Source of the DNA: Acidobacteriota bacterium
Lineage (GTDB): Bacteria > Acidobacteriota > Polarisedimenticolia > SMYD01
Assembly (NCBI GenBank): GCA_004356015.1
Contig: SMYD01000008.1
Location: 1-51,728, forward strand
Length of the DNA: 51,728 bases
Reading direction: 5' to 3'
The notes under the pieces are model-generated. The model had not been told where the DNA came from. It did not search any database and saw only the letters and a list, made by a program, of their open reading frames with translations. This document shows positions 1-10,891 of the stretch, in pieces (position 1 is the first letter of the stretch; each line of letters starts with the position of its first letter). The position numbers and the translations under genes are program-made.

Positions 1-2
1 CC

Positions 3-257
3 GAACTGGAGCAGGCATGGGATCTGTGCCGTAATGCGGAGCAGGGTGGACTGGATGACAAGACCCTGCGTCTCCTCAAACTGGCCATCGCACTCGCCCG
101 GGAGGCGGAGGGTGCGACTCACTCGGCGGTCCGCAAGGCGCGGCGGGCTGGCGTGTCCCGGGAAGAAATGGAACAGGTGGTGGCCGTGGCGGCCAGCACC
201 ATTGGTTTCCCGGCCGCCGTCAAGGCCCTTCAGTGGGTGACCGAGGTCGGGGACTGA
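3..257 (+). CDS. Carboxymuconolactone decarboxylase (CMD/AhpD-like) family protein, 5' end outside window
   Basis: Frame not in the ORF track. Manual translation from nt 3 gives ELEQAWDLCRNAEQGGLDDKTLRLLKLAIALAREAEGATHSAVRKARRAGVSREEMEQVVAVAASTIGFPAAVKALQWVTEVGD*. The LD.KT..L..LA.A / H...A...G.S.EE / T.GFP pattern is typical of CMD; there is no CxxC. Confidence 0.8.
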   Translation, partial: ELEQAWDLCRNAEQGGLDDKTLRLLKLAIALAREAEGATHSAVRKARRAGVSREEMEQVVAVAASTIGFPAAVKALQWVTEVGD

Positions 258-333
258 CCCGCTGGAGCATGGTGACTGGGGGATGTTGACCGTTGCGGTC
301 GGCGCGGGTCTGTTCGCGGCCGGGCGGAGTCGA

Positions 334-523
334 TCACGGCTTGTTGAGGAAGCGCAGGATCTCACCCATGAGTTCCTCGCCCTGTTCGGTCTCGAAGACA
401 TACTGCGCACGGGCGGAACCATCCAGAATGATCAGTTCTTTCGGTTCGGGAGCCCGTTCGTACTGGCCCCGGGGCGGCTGCGAGGGTCACAACGGCCAGA
501 AACATGCCGGCGAGACCCGGCAT
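334..523 (-). pseudogene. Remnant of a secreted alpha/beta-hydrolase-like gene (signal peptide joined out of frame to a C-terminal fragment)
   Basis: 465->334 reads QYERAPEPKELIILDGSARAQYVFETEQGEELMGEILRFLNKP*, resembling a hydrolase C-terminus. That frame has no start and is closed by a TGA at 489-487. A different frame from ATG 523 gives a signal-peptide-like MPGLAGMFLAVVTLAAAPG. Confidence 0.5.
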
Positions 524-568
524 CTTCAATCTCCGAGGGTTCAAGATGCACTCTCTGGCGCAGCGGTG

Positions 569-826
569 CTACGCAGCGGCACGGCGTTGGCCCATGCGCA
601 TCTCGGCATGGCGGAGTTCTTTGCGGAAGCCGCCACCGGTGCCCCGGCTCGATTTCAGCAGGCCGGCCCGGACCAGCGACGGGAGAATCTTGGCAACAAA
701 GTCCAGGGGGATCTTTTGCATACGGGCGATATCCCGGCGCATGGCCGGCCGCCCATCGGGCAGGGAGGCGATATGAATCATGGCCCGGATGGCGTAGTCG
801 GAACCTCGAGTGAGCTTGAGTCCCAT
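569..826 (-). CDS. Rrf2-family transcriptional regulator, truncated (winged-helix only; possibly a pseudogene)
   Basis: LTRGSDYAIRAMIHIA...IA..QKIP..FVAKIL..LVRAGLL.SSRGTGGGF is the Rrf2 N-terminal signature. The protein ends at 85 aa without the usual C-terminal half. Confidence 0.75.
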   Translation of the reverse strand: MGLKLTRGSDYAIRAMIHIASLPDGRPAMRRDIARMQKIPLDFVAKILPSLVRAGLLKSSRGTGGGFRKELRHAEMRMGQRRAAA

Positions 827-876
827 GAGTTGAAAAGGATCATAGCGCCTCCGAGGGGCGGCAATGTTCCTCTGAT

Positions 877-3501
877 TCAGAACTCGACCGGTTCGAGGCC
901 GGGCAGGTAAAGGCTGTTGAAGAGAAGCTTGAACGTTCTCGTGGTCTGGGCGCGGTGCTGGACGCGGAAGCCCAGGAGGACCACGCGCCCGGCGCCGGCT
1001 CTCAGGTCCACCACTGCGGCCCGCCGGGCCAGCAGTTTGGCCCCGGACAGGTATCCGCTGATCAGGATGTCTCGCCGGTCATCGGGGTAGGCAGCCACCA
1101 CGCGGCGCGCGAAGCGGGCATCGGGCGGATAGGTGCGAAACGCCGGCGAGGAGGCGAAATAAGCGGCCTCCTGCGGCTGCAGTCCCCAGGCCAGAAGATG
1201 ATCGGTATTGACTTCGATGCGCAGCATGGCACCCGGGCAGCGGAAGTGGGCGTCATCGACATCCTCGAGGACATTGGTGACGGGCAGCTCCAGGAGTTCG
1301 ATGAGGTAGTCGGCCGATGAATCCAGGGCGACCACCGTGCCGCCTTTCTCCAGGATCCAGTTGCGCAATTTCTCACCGCCTTCATCTCCCAGGCCGCCGG
1401 CATAGTCGGGTGGCAGCGGTGCAGTGCGGCGGCGGCGCGCAGGATCTGAAGGGCGGCCATCCCGCAGAATATCCTTCTCGATGTCCGGCAGGAGAATCAG
1501 GTCCACCTGATCGGCATACGATCCATCGCGCATGTCGGCGTTGCTCAGGTTGCGATAGGGGAACCCGTATTCCTCCAGAAGCCAGCGGGTCCAGCCCTCG
1601 TCCATGCTGGCCACCCATGGCTTGTAGAGGCCTATGGAGACCGGCTTGAGCCGCAGAGCCGCCCCGCCGGGGGCAGTGTCCAGGGAGCGTGCGGGGACAT
1701 GCAGTTCATCGACCAGAGCCTGTAACCGGCCGGCGGCGGGGCCGGCGGACGGCACATAGACATCTCCCGGAGCACCGTTTTCTTGCCTGTCGCGCAACCA
1801 GTAGACCGGATGCCCGGCTGCTAGAAGCCGGTTCATGAACGGGTAAATGGAATCGGCGGCATGGGAGATCCTGAGTCCGGCGGCACCGGTGTGCAGTTGG
1901 GCGCCGGGCCAGTCCGGTTCATCGAGGGATGTCGTCGCCACGGTCACCGGGGCGCCGGCGGGGTCGACCTTGACGCCCATGGAGAGAGGCAGCGACCAGG
2001 AGGTCACGTCATAAGGAGGAAGAATGGCACTGTCACGGCCGGCCCGGACTTCCGGATAGCGCTGGGGTTGCAGCATGGTGAGGAGGAAGGCGCGGTACGG
2101 CTGAGCCGCCGGAATGATGGTGGTGCCGGCGGGGTAGGACCGGTTTTCCACGGTGAAGTCCTTGCGCGCCCGCTGAATCTCGATGCCATGGCGCAGCAAC
2201 AATTCCACCAGGCGTGCGCTTGCCACCGGGTCGTGCTGGTCGGGGGGGATGAGGAAGGCGAACGGCGCCTCCTGGAGGCCCTTCTGCACCTGGCGGCGCC
2301 CCAGTTCATAGAAGTTTGTCAGCAGGCTCTCATGAAATCGGGAGCAACCTTCCAGCAAAGCCATGGTGGCGGTGAGTTCGTAGTCCACGATGTCCCGCAG
2401 GCGCCACCAGCCGCCACTCCATGGCGAGGGATAATTGGAACGCCGGCCGTAGTCGGGAAATCCCTTGCGGTTTCCCTCCAGTTCACCCTTCTCGATGTAG
2501 ACCGGAGAGGCGATGCGGACGCTGGCGACTTCGCTGAGCAGGCCGGTGACATTTTTCCACCAGGCGGTGTTGCGCGTGCCCCCTGGCCAGTAGCTGTCGA
2601 AGATCATGTCGTGTCCCACGCCGGTGCGGCCGTCTTCTTCCAGGCGCATGGACATGATGGTGCCCAGCAGATCCGCCTGGCGAAAGATCAGGGAGTCGAT
2701 CTCCGGGGCCAGGGGGTTGGTCTGGGGGGGCACGAACATGCGTGGTCCGGTCCGGCCCATCTGGTGTTCATCCAGAAAGACCTGTGGAAACCACCGGTGG
2801 TAGAGAACCTGGTTGACCACCCGGGTCTCGGCCTGGGTGAGCATGTAGAAGTCCCGATTGTTGTCGTGACCGACGTAAGGGTGGTAGAGCCAGGGCAGGG
2901 GGCCGCCTTCGTACTCAGTGCCGCGGTAACGCTCATACCACCGGAGCACAATCTCCTGGCCATCGGGATTGATGGAGGGCATGATCAGAAGAATCACATC
3001 GTCGAGCCAGCCCTCGATCTTCGCGTCATCGGTGGTGGCCAGGTTGTGGACCAGTTCCATGAACATCTGGGTCGAACCGACCTCGGTCGCGTGAATGGTG
3101 CCGGTGATCAACACCAGCACTTTTCCCTGGCGGACCAGAGCGGCGGCCTTTTCCGGGTCGAGATCGGCCGGATGGGCCAGACGGCGGGCGATCTCCCGGT
3201 AACGGTCCAGATGGCGAATGTTGTCGGCTGACGAGACAGCCACCACCACCATTTCCCGGCCCTGGCTGGACAGGCCGGCCGTCTCCACGCTGACCCGGGG
3301 CGAGGTGGCTGCAACTTGGCGCAGGTAGGCGACCACGGTGTCATAGGGTGCCAGGTGGCCATCGCTGCCCACCGCGAACCCCAGGACCTCAGCAGGCGCG
3401 GGAGGCACAGCCTTCCCGGCGGCCGGCACTGGGGAAGGAAAAAGTGCCAGCAGCATGATCAGGGCAGGAAGAGGACTGAGCAGCCGCATCGGTGCAGGCA
3501 C
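877..3501 (-). CDS. Secreted M14-family zinc carboxypeptidase with C-terminal class-I glutamine-amidotransferase-like domain
   Basis: Signal peptide; HATE (HxxE), NPDG, NNRD and DEH zinc/substrate motifs; C-terminal SMDEGWTRWLLE...GGTVVA domain. Confidence 0.9.
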   Translation of the reverse strand: MPAPMRLLSPLPALIMLLALFPSPVPAAGKAVPPAPAEVLGFAVGSDGHLAPYDTVVAYLRQVAATSPRVSVETAGLSSQGREMVVVAVSSADNIRHLDRYREIARRLAHPADLDPEKAAALVRQGKVLVLITGTIHATEVGSTQMFMELVHNLATTDDAKIEGWLDDVILLIMPSINPDGQEIVLRWYERYRGTEYEGGPLPWLYHPYVGHDNNRDFYMLTQAETRVVNQVLYHRWFPQVFLDEHQMGRTGPRMFVPPQTNPLAPEIDSLIFRQADLLGTIMSMRLEEDGRTGVGHDMIFDSYWPGGTRNTAWWKNVTGLLSEVASVRIASPVYIEKGELEGNRKGFPDYGRRSNYPSPWSGGWWRLRDIVDYELTATMALLEGCSRFHESLLTNFYELGRRQVQKGLQEAPFAFLIPPDQHDPVASARLVELLLRHGIEIQRARKDFTVENRSYPAGTTIIPAAQPYRAFLLTMLQPQRYPEVRAGRDSAILPPYDVTSWSLPLSMGVKVDPAGAPVTVATTSLDEPDWPGAQLHTGAAGLRISHAADSIYPFMNRLLAAGHPVYWLRDRQENGAPGDVYVPSAGPAAGRLQALVDELHVPARSLDTAPGGAALRLKPVSIGLYKPWVASMDEGWTRWLLEEYGFPYRNLSNADMRDGSYADQVDLILLPDIEKDILRDGRPSDPARRRRTAPLPPDYAGGLGDEGGEKLRNWILEKGGTVVALDSSADYLIELLELPVTNVLEDVDDAHFRCPGAMLRIEVNTDHLLAWGLQPQEAAYFASSPAFRTYPPDARFARRVVAAYPDDRRDILISGYLSGAKLLARRAAVVDLRAGAGRVVLLGFRVQHRAQTTRTFKLLFNSLYLPGLEPVEF

Positions 3502-3644
3502 TCTAGCCCGGTGTGCGGGGTCTGTCCAAGAGCGGGGCCGGGGACAGGCCGGGGTCTATACTGTCCTGGCCGGGAGTGCCCATGGGCCAATGGGCCCCGC
3601 TGCTGGCCCCGGCCTCTGATTTGCATTACGTTCATTTGACTGCC

Positions 3645-6600
3645 ATGCGTCTCCCTGCCAGGTTCCTGCTGCTGGCCCTGCTTCCCATGGGGCCGGCCAT
3701 CTTCGCTGCGGCTCCTGCGGGGCCGCCGGTGAACGGCATGGGAGTTGTCCTTCCTGCCGACTGGCTGACCACCCCGCTGCAGGCGGACGAAGTGCCGCCC
3801 CTGCCCTGGTCCGGCCGCCCGGCCGGCGTGCCTCTTTACGTCCGTGTGACCATCACCAGCGCGGCTCTGGATCAGCCGGACGTCAGTGCCCGTCGGCTGG
3901 GGACTCTCCGGGATCAGGATCTGGTACCGGTGCTGCTGCTGGACTCACCCGGCGCCGGCCGGCCCATGAGCACAGCCCTGGGCTTTGATCTCGACGGGTG
4001 GTTGACCCGGGTGGATCGCCTCCTCCAGGTCATGGACCATGAACCGGTCCTGGTGCAGGTCATGGAGCGTCCCCTGCAGCACATGACGGCACCCCTCTAT
4101 GCCTTTGTGCTGAAGCGCATGGCGGTGATGGTGCGCGCCGTGGCCCCTGGCTCACACATTGCCAGCGGCACTCTTGCGGATGTCAGCGAGGCGCGGGAAC
4201 TGGCCGTGTGGGGGGTGGAACCGTACCTGGATGCTGTGGTCATGGACAGGGCGGCTGCAGGTGCCATGGATCTGGCAGGGGTTCGCATGGCCCTGCCGGC
4301 GACGGAGATATGGCTGTCCGGTGCCGGTGCCGGCGGAGGCTCCTATCTGCGGGAGGCGGGCCTGGCGTTCAGCCGCGCGGTTTCCCTGGTCTTTGCCGCG
4401 CCTGACAGCGGACTGTCACCGGAGATGCTGGCTGCCTGGCAGCGGTTGCTGGGGCCGGAAACCATCGTGGTCCCGCCGGCATTCCGTCGGGTGGAGGTTC
4501 GTGCCGGGGAGCAGGTCCTGCCGCCTGAAGATTTTCTCGAACTGGAAGAGCCCGATGGCAGGCGCTATCTGGTGGCTTTCGCGGCCCCCGCCGGCCTGCC
4601 TCTGGAGATGACCATCCATGGACCACGGGTCAGCGTGGCGTGGATTCTGGATCCCGTCACCGGTACGGAAACCATGGGCGCCGCCGCCGACTGGCTCGTG
4701 GCCGGCGGTGACCCGAGCAGCCACGCGGTGAGCCAGGTGACCCTCCATGTGCCGGGGTTGCCTTTGGTCGTGCGCCTGGGGCGGGTGGGTGGTGCGGCGC
4801 CGCGGCTGGCCGAGTTGGAGAAAGTCGTGGCGGGCCGGAGCCTGACGGTGGAGGAGATCCTGGCTCGCCACCGGGAGGTCCAGGCAGGCCAGGATCGGCG
4901 CCTGCATACCACTGAAGCCGACGTGCGTATCGATTTCCATTTCAGTGTCGCCAATCTCAGCCAGAGGTTCGATGTCGCCACTCTCAACCGCTATTTCCAT
5001 GACAGCACCCGCACGGTGTACGAGGAGCGCGCCCTCTATCTCAACGGCGCCCTGTGGCGCGGCAAGCGCCCTCCGGACCTGCCGTTTGTCCTTCCCGAGC
5101 GTGTGACCGAGGTGCCACTGGACCTGAATCTCGACCTCCGTTACGTCTACGAGCTGGAGAAGACCGCAGATCTGGACGGCCGGCAGGTCTACGTGGTCTC
5201 CTTCGCCCCGGTAGAAGGCAGTGAGGCCCCCTATCGCGGGCGCGTCTGGATCGACACCCAATCGTTTGTCAAGCGCCGTCAGGAGGTGGTGGAACTGCAC
5301 CCCAAGCTCCCGGTCATCAGCAATCGCCTCCTGCAGGAGTTCACGCCGGTGACCCAGGGCGGGCGAACCTGGTGGCTGGTGACGCGCCTGACCGGGCAGA
5401 TGATCTTCACGGCTCTCGGGCGCAACGTGGTCCTGGAACGAGAGCTGATCTACAGCGACTACCAGATCAACCTGCCTGCCTTCGAGGATCGCCTGGATGA
5501 GTCGTACGCCTCCGACCGGCCCCTGTTGGAAGAAACGGAGGACGGATTCCAGCGCCTGGGGGTGGTCGCCGATGGCCGGGGCGGTTTCACGCGGCAGGTC
5601 TCGGATCAGGGTCGCACCGGTGTCAGTCGCCTCGTGGTGGGGGTCTGGTCCATCGGGGACGATCTCGGCCTGAAGGTGCCGTTTGCGGGTGTGAACTATT
5701 TCAACTTCGACTGGCGGGGAACGGGCAACCAGGTGGATGTGATCTGGGCCGGCCCTTTTCTCAATGTGTTCTGGTCGGATCCCAGCTTTGGCGGGGGCAA
5801 GGCCATCCTGGCACTGCAAGGGCGCATCAACCCGCTTTATTCAGGCAACGAGCGGCTGGATGCAGGCGATGACATCGACGGCGAGATCAAGGCGGAGCGC
5901 CTCGAAGAGAGTTCCCAGCGCTTCCAGATCATTCTGGGCCGTCCGCTGGGCGTCCATCACAAGTTCGAGTTTCAGCTGGATCTGGATCACCTCCGCTTCC
6001 GCAGCGAGGATGAGACGGCGGCGGACTTCGTCGTGCCCTCGGACACCTGGCAGGAACTCCTCACCGGGCGCTGGATCTATGCCCGTGCCGGCTGGCGGCT
6101 GGAGGGCTCGCTCCAGGGCGGTTCCCGCAACGACTGGACCTTCTGGGGCGACCCCGACGGGTCGGATTTCAGTGATGGCGATGAGCAGTTCGCGCGCTCG
6201 GCGATGGAATTCAGCAAGGCGTTCTATTCCGCCGGCCGCAACAAGTTCGGCTTCGGCCTGGCCATGTATCACGGCAACGGTCTGGACCGGTTCTCCAAGT
6301 TCGAACTGGGGCGCTCCGGTGTGGCGCGTGTGCCGGGTTACAGCCGCGACGGCATCCGTTTCCGCACCGGCGGAGTGCTGGGACTCAGCGGGGCTTTCGC
6401 CCTGGGCAGCAAGGCTCGGATGGACCTGAGCCTCACCCACGCCCGTTTCCGCGATGAGGAGGACCTGGGCCCCCATGTGGAGCATGCCACCGGGGCTAGC
6501 GTGGCACTCAACTTCTCCGGGCCGTTCAACGCGTTCATGCGGGCGCGCGTGGGCTTCGCCCTGAGCAGTTCCGTCGACGATGCCGACGGCGGCGGCTCGC

Positions 6601-6686
6601 TGCGGGTGACCTACTTCCGCACCTTCCGGCGCTGGTTCTGGCAACGCGCCTCTGAGAAGAAACACAAAAACGGCCCCGGGTCCTGA
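3645..6686 (+). CDS. Large exported/outer-membrane hypothetical protein (N-terminal alpha/beta domain, central LolA/RseB-like domain, C-terminal beta-barrel-like region)
   Basis: ATG 3645 starts a signal peptide (MRLPARFLLLALLP...). The central YVVSFAP...YRGRVWIDTQSF resembles LolA/RseB-fold proteins. The C-terminal third is alternating amphipathic beta-strands. Confidence 0.7.
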   Translation: MRLPARFLLLALLPMGPAIFAAAPAGPPVNGMGVVLPADWLTTPLQADEVPPLPWSGRPAGVPLYVRVTITSAALDQPDVSARRLGTLRDQDLVPVLLLDSPGAGRPMSTALGFDLDGWLTRVDRLLQVMDHEPVLVQVMERPLQHMTAPLYAFVLKRMAVMVRAVAPGSHIASGTLADVSEARELAVWGVEPYLDAVVMDRAAAGAMDLAGVRMALPATEIWLSGAGAGGGSYLREAGLAFSRAVSLVFAAPDSGLSPEMLAAWQRLLGPETIVVPPAFRRVEVRAGEQVLPPEDFLELEEPDGRRYLVAFAAPAGLPLEMTIHGPRVSVAWILDPVTGTETMGAAADWLVAGGDPSSHAVSQVTLHVPGLPLVVRLGRVGGAAPRLAELEKVVAGRSLTVEEILARHREVQAGQDRRLHTTEADVRIDFHFSVANLSQRFDVATLNRYFHDSTRTVYEERALYLNGALWRGKRPPDLPFVLPERVTEVPLDLNLDLRYVYELEKTADLDGRQVYVVSFAPVEGSEAPYRGRVWIDTQSFVKRRQEVVELHPKLPVISNRLLQEFTPVTQGGRTWWLVTRLTGQMIFTALGRNVVLERELIYSDYQINLPAFEDRLDESYASDRPLLEETEDGFQRLGVVADGRGGFTRQVSDQGRTGVSRLVVGVWSIGDDLGLKVPFAGVNYFNFDWRGTGNQVDVIWAGPFLNVFWSDPSFGGGKAILALQGRINPLYSGNERLDAGDDIDGEIKAERLEESSQRFQIILGRPLGVHHKFEFQLDLDHLRFRSEDETAADFVVPSDTWQELLTGRWIYARAGWRLEGSLQGGSRNDWTFWGDPDGSDFSDGDEQFARSAMEFSKAFYSAGRNKFGFGLAMYHGNGLDRFSKFELGRSGVARVPGYSRDGIRFRTGGVLGLSGAFALGSKARMDLSLTHARFRDEEDLGPHVEHATGASVALNFSGPFNAFMRARVGFALSSSVDDADGGGSLRVTYFRTFRRWFWQRASEKKHKNGPGS

Positions 6687-6702
6687 AGGGACACCGGGGC
6701 CG
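6657..6702 (-). terminator. Rho-independent terminator of groESL
   Basis: Minus strand CGGCCCCGGtGTCC-cttca-GGACCCGGGGCCG followed by TTTTTGTGTTTCTT, about 30 nt after the groEL stop. Confidence 0.85.
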
Positions 6703-6729
6703 CATCTTGAAAAAGGTGCAGGCTGGGAC

Positions 6730-8720
<1,991 letters not shown>

Positions 8721-8773
8721 CGTGAACCTCCTAAGTTGTTCTGGTTAATGGGTTTGTAGGGGTCGGAAACCCG

Positions 8774-8800
8774 TTAGCACTCACCTTTAACGAGTGCTAG
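8774..8800. promoter_or_regulatory. CIRCE element (HrcA operator)
   Basis: TTAGCACTC-acctttaac-GAGTGCTAG is one mismatch from TTAGCACTC-N9-GAGTGCTAA, upstream of groES. Confidence 0.95.
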
Positions 8801-8827
8801 CATAACATTGGGTTCTGAACCTGTCAA
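8799..8827 (-). promoter_or_regulatory. Sigma70-type promoter of groESL
   Basis: Minus strand TTGACA (8827-8822), 17-nt spacer, TGn-extended TATGCT (8804-8799), overlapping the edge of CIRCE. Confidence 0.85.
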
Positions 8828-8940
8828 CTTTTTCTGTCGCGGAATTCTACTTTTTTTCCCGCCCGGGGGCGGGCCTCTCGGAAGGAACGGAATGCGCGGT
8901 GACCTTGCCGCGGTTTTCATAGTTGGCGGTGTCGCGCCTG

Positions 8941-8968
8941 TTGTCGCCGCCGGCGCGAGACGTATATT
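8941..8968 (+). promoter_or_regulatory. Candidate sigma70-type promoter of the AAA+ operon
   Basis: TTGTCG-16 nt-TATATT, followed by a GAGGAG RBS (8977-8982) and an in-frame TTG at 8990. Confidence 0.4.
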
Positions 8969-8989
8969 CCTGTGCAGAGGAGCATTCCA

Positions 8990-10891
8990 TTGGCCGAGAA
9001 TGAAGTCAGCCGAGTCGAGTCGGTTTCACGGGAGGATCTGGAATCCCGGCTGCGGGAGATTGCCCGGCGCCATCATCCCGAGGAGATCCTGGATCGCCTG
9101 GAACTGACCCACCTGGTGCAGGTTCTGACCAATGATGCTCTCCTGGTGGGTGACCTCTACACCCGCACCGCTCTGGGGCAGATCCTGGATCGGGAGCTTC
9201 CATCGCTGCCGGTGGCGTTGCGTGCCCTGGCCCAACGGGCCGATCGCAAGGGTCCGGAGGACACCAGCCTCCTGATGGAAGTTCGCCGTCTGCCCGAAGA
9301 CCTCAAGGCCGTGGGCGATAAATGCCTGCTGGACGTGGGACTGGTCGGCCAGCGCGAGTTTCGGGGCATTTCCCTCATCGACCTTGGACGGCGCTCCTAC
9401 GAAGTCGCTTCCCGCATCATGGAACGCCTGGCCGCCGACCCCACCCTCAGCCGGTTCTTCAAGGAAAACCAGCTTGCGGCGCTGCCCATCGAGGAGGAAG
9501 TCCTGTTCCTGCAGCAGTGTTCGCGGCGTTTTGCCCTTTATGCCGATCTTCTCCACTGGCTGCGTGCCGATAACCCGGAAAGCCGTGAGGAGAGGGCTCT
9601 GGCTGGAACTCAGCCGGCGACGCTCTCGCCCGGTCCCGGGGCGGGGGCCATTGCGGCCATCACCGCTGTCCCCATGATCGAAGAAGCCGTGGTCGAGGGG
9701 GAGGATGGCAGTCCTGATCCCTCTCCTTCCGCGAGGCCCCAGCCGGCCGGTGATCGGGTGCAGCTTCCCCGGGAGGAATTGCTGGCGGCCTACGAGCGCA
9801 TCCTGCTCTTCTCGGCCCTGGATATACCGGCCCTGGGTGAGCGGCTGGGCGAGACCGTGGTGGGCCAGAGCGGTGCCATCCAGGCGCTCTGCGATGAGTT
9901 CACCCTCTATGCCACCGGGACCCACAACTTGAACAGGCCCCCGTCCTATCTCTTCGTGGGGCCCACCGGGGTGGGCAAGAACTACCTGGTGGAGACGCTC
10001 CTGGAAATCCTGGAGCAGGGCTGGGGCCTGGAGATTCCCCTGCTCATCCTGGAGGGACCCAATTACACCTACCCGGCAGACATCAACGAGTTGCGCGGGG
10101 CCACCCGGGGTTTCATCCGCAGCGACGAGGACGGGGTGCTGACCGAGTTCCACAAGAAGTCTGCGACCTCGCCCCTGTCCGTCATCCTCATCGACGAGGT
10201 GGAGAAAGCCCACCCTCAGCTCAGGCGCTTCTTCCTCTCCATCATGGATCGAGGCACAGTGACCGATAACCGGGGCAAGGTGCTCAGCTTTGCCAATTCC
10301 ATGCTGGTGTTCACCTCCAATATCGGTTATTCGGATCTGAGGCGTCAGGCAGCACCCATCGGCTATGGAGATCAGGCATCCAAGGACCGACGGGACGCCC
10401 AGGACGTGCGCCGGTCCCTGCGCCGTGCCCTGTCCCCTGAGTTCATCAACCGGTTGCGCCCCATCCATTTCGATCACCTGGGGCCTGAATCTCTCGAACG
10501 GATATTCGACCTCGAACTGGAACGGATTGCCCGCCGCTTCCGGGATATCCACGACCTGGAGGTCGAGGTGACTCCTGCGGCGCGGACCGAACTCCTGCGC
10601 CGGGGCACCAGCCATGACCATGGCGCCAGGCATCTGCGGGCGCGGATGGAAACGCTCATCAACGTGGAGATCAGCCGCCGGATCAAATCCGATGAGCGGC
10701 GCCGGGGCTCTGGGCATAATCGCACCCTGAAGTACCTGCGCGCGCTGAAGACAGGGGAGCGGCCGTTTGATCTGGATGAAGTCCGCGCCCGGGTCATGAA
10801 GGTCGCGCGGGCACGGGTCTCGTACCATCGCTTCCGGGTGGACCTGAAGGACGACAACTTCGTGTACGAGGGCGTCAAGGAGCCGTCGTGA
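8990..10891 (+). CDS. Single-AAA-domain ClpA/B/C-D2-like ATPase with uncharacterised N-terminal helical domain
   Basis: Walker A GPTGVGKN, pore-loop position GATRGFI, Walker B ILIDEVEKAHP, sensor-1 TSN, PEFINRL, sensor-2 GARHLR. The start is placed at TTG 8990 from the RBS; the ORF track uses GTG 8972. Confidence 0.9.
   Translation: MAENEVSRVESVSREDLESRLREIARRHHPEEILDRLELTHLVQVLTNDALLVGDLYTRTALGQILDRELPSLPVALRALAQRADRKGPEDTSLLMEVRRLPEDLKAVGDKCLLDVGLVGQREFRGISLIDLGRRSYEVASRIMERLAADPTLSRFFKENQLAALPIEEEVLFLQQCSRRFALYADLLHWLRADNPESREERALAGTQPATLSPGPGAGAIAAITAVPMIEEAVVEGEDGSPDPSPSARPQPAGDRVQLPREELLAAYERILLFSALDIPALGERLGETVVGQSGAIQALCDEFTLYATGTHNLNRPPSYLFVGPTGVGKNYLVETLLEILEQGWGLEIPLLILEGPNYTYPADINELRGATRGFIRSDEDGVLTEFHKKSATSPLSVILIDEVEKAHPQLRRFFLSIMDRGTVTDNRGKVLSFANSMLVFTSNIGYSDLRRQAAPIGYGDQASKDRRDAQDVRRSLRRALSPEFINRLRPIHFDHLGPESLERIFDLELERIARRFRDIHDLEVEVTPAARTELLRRGTSHDHGARHLRARMETLINVEISRRIKSDERRRGSGHNRTLKYLRALKTGERPFDLDEVRARVMKVARARVSYHRFRVDLKDDNFVYEGVKEPS

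Noticed and set aside
34-240. ORF-track 68-aa ORF
   Set aside because: Wrong frame; the CMD-like frame 3..257 explains the region.
9026-10828. 600-aa antisense ORF over the AAA+ gene (likewise 1861..3231, 4416..5819, 14188..15798, 23677..25155, 29553..30947, 41443..43533)
   Set aside because: Shadow ORFs expected opposite genes with high GC3; no motifs, and each lies over a well-supported gene.
8990-10891. Calling the ATPase clpB, clpA or clpX, or a broken clp pseudogene
   Set aside because: Only one AAA module, no D1, M-domain or zinc-binding domain; all catalytic motifs are intact and it has its own RBS and a coupled partner.
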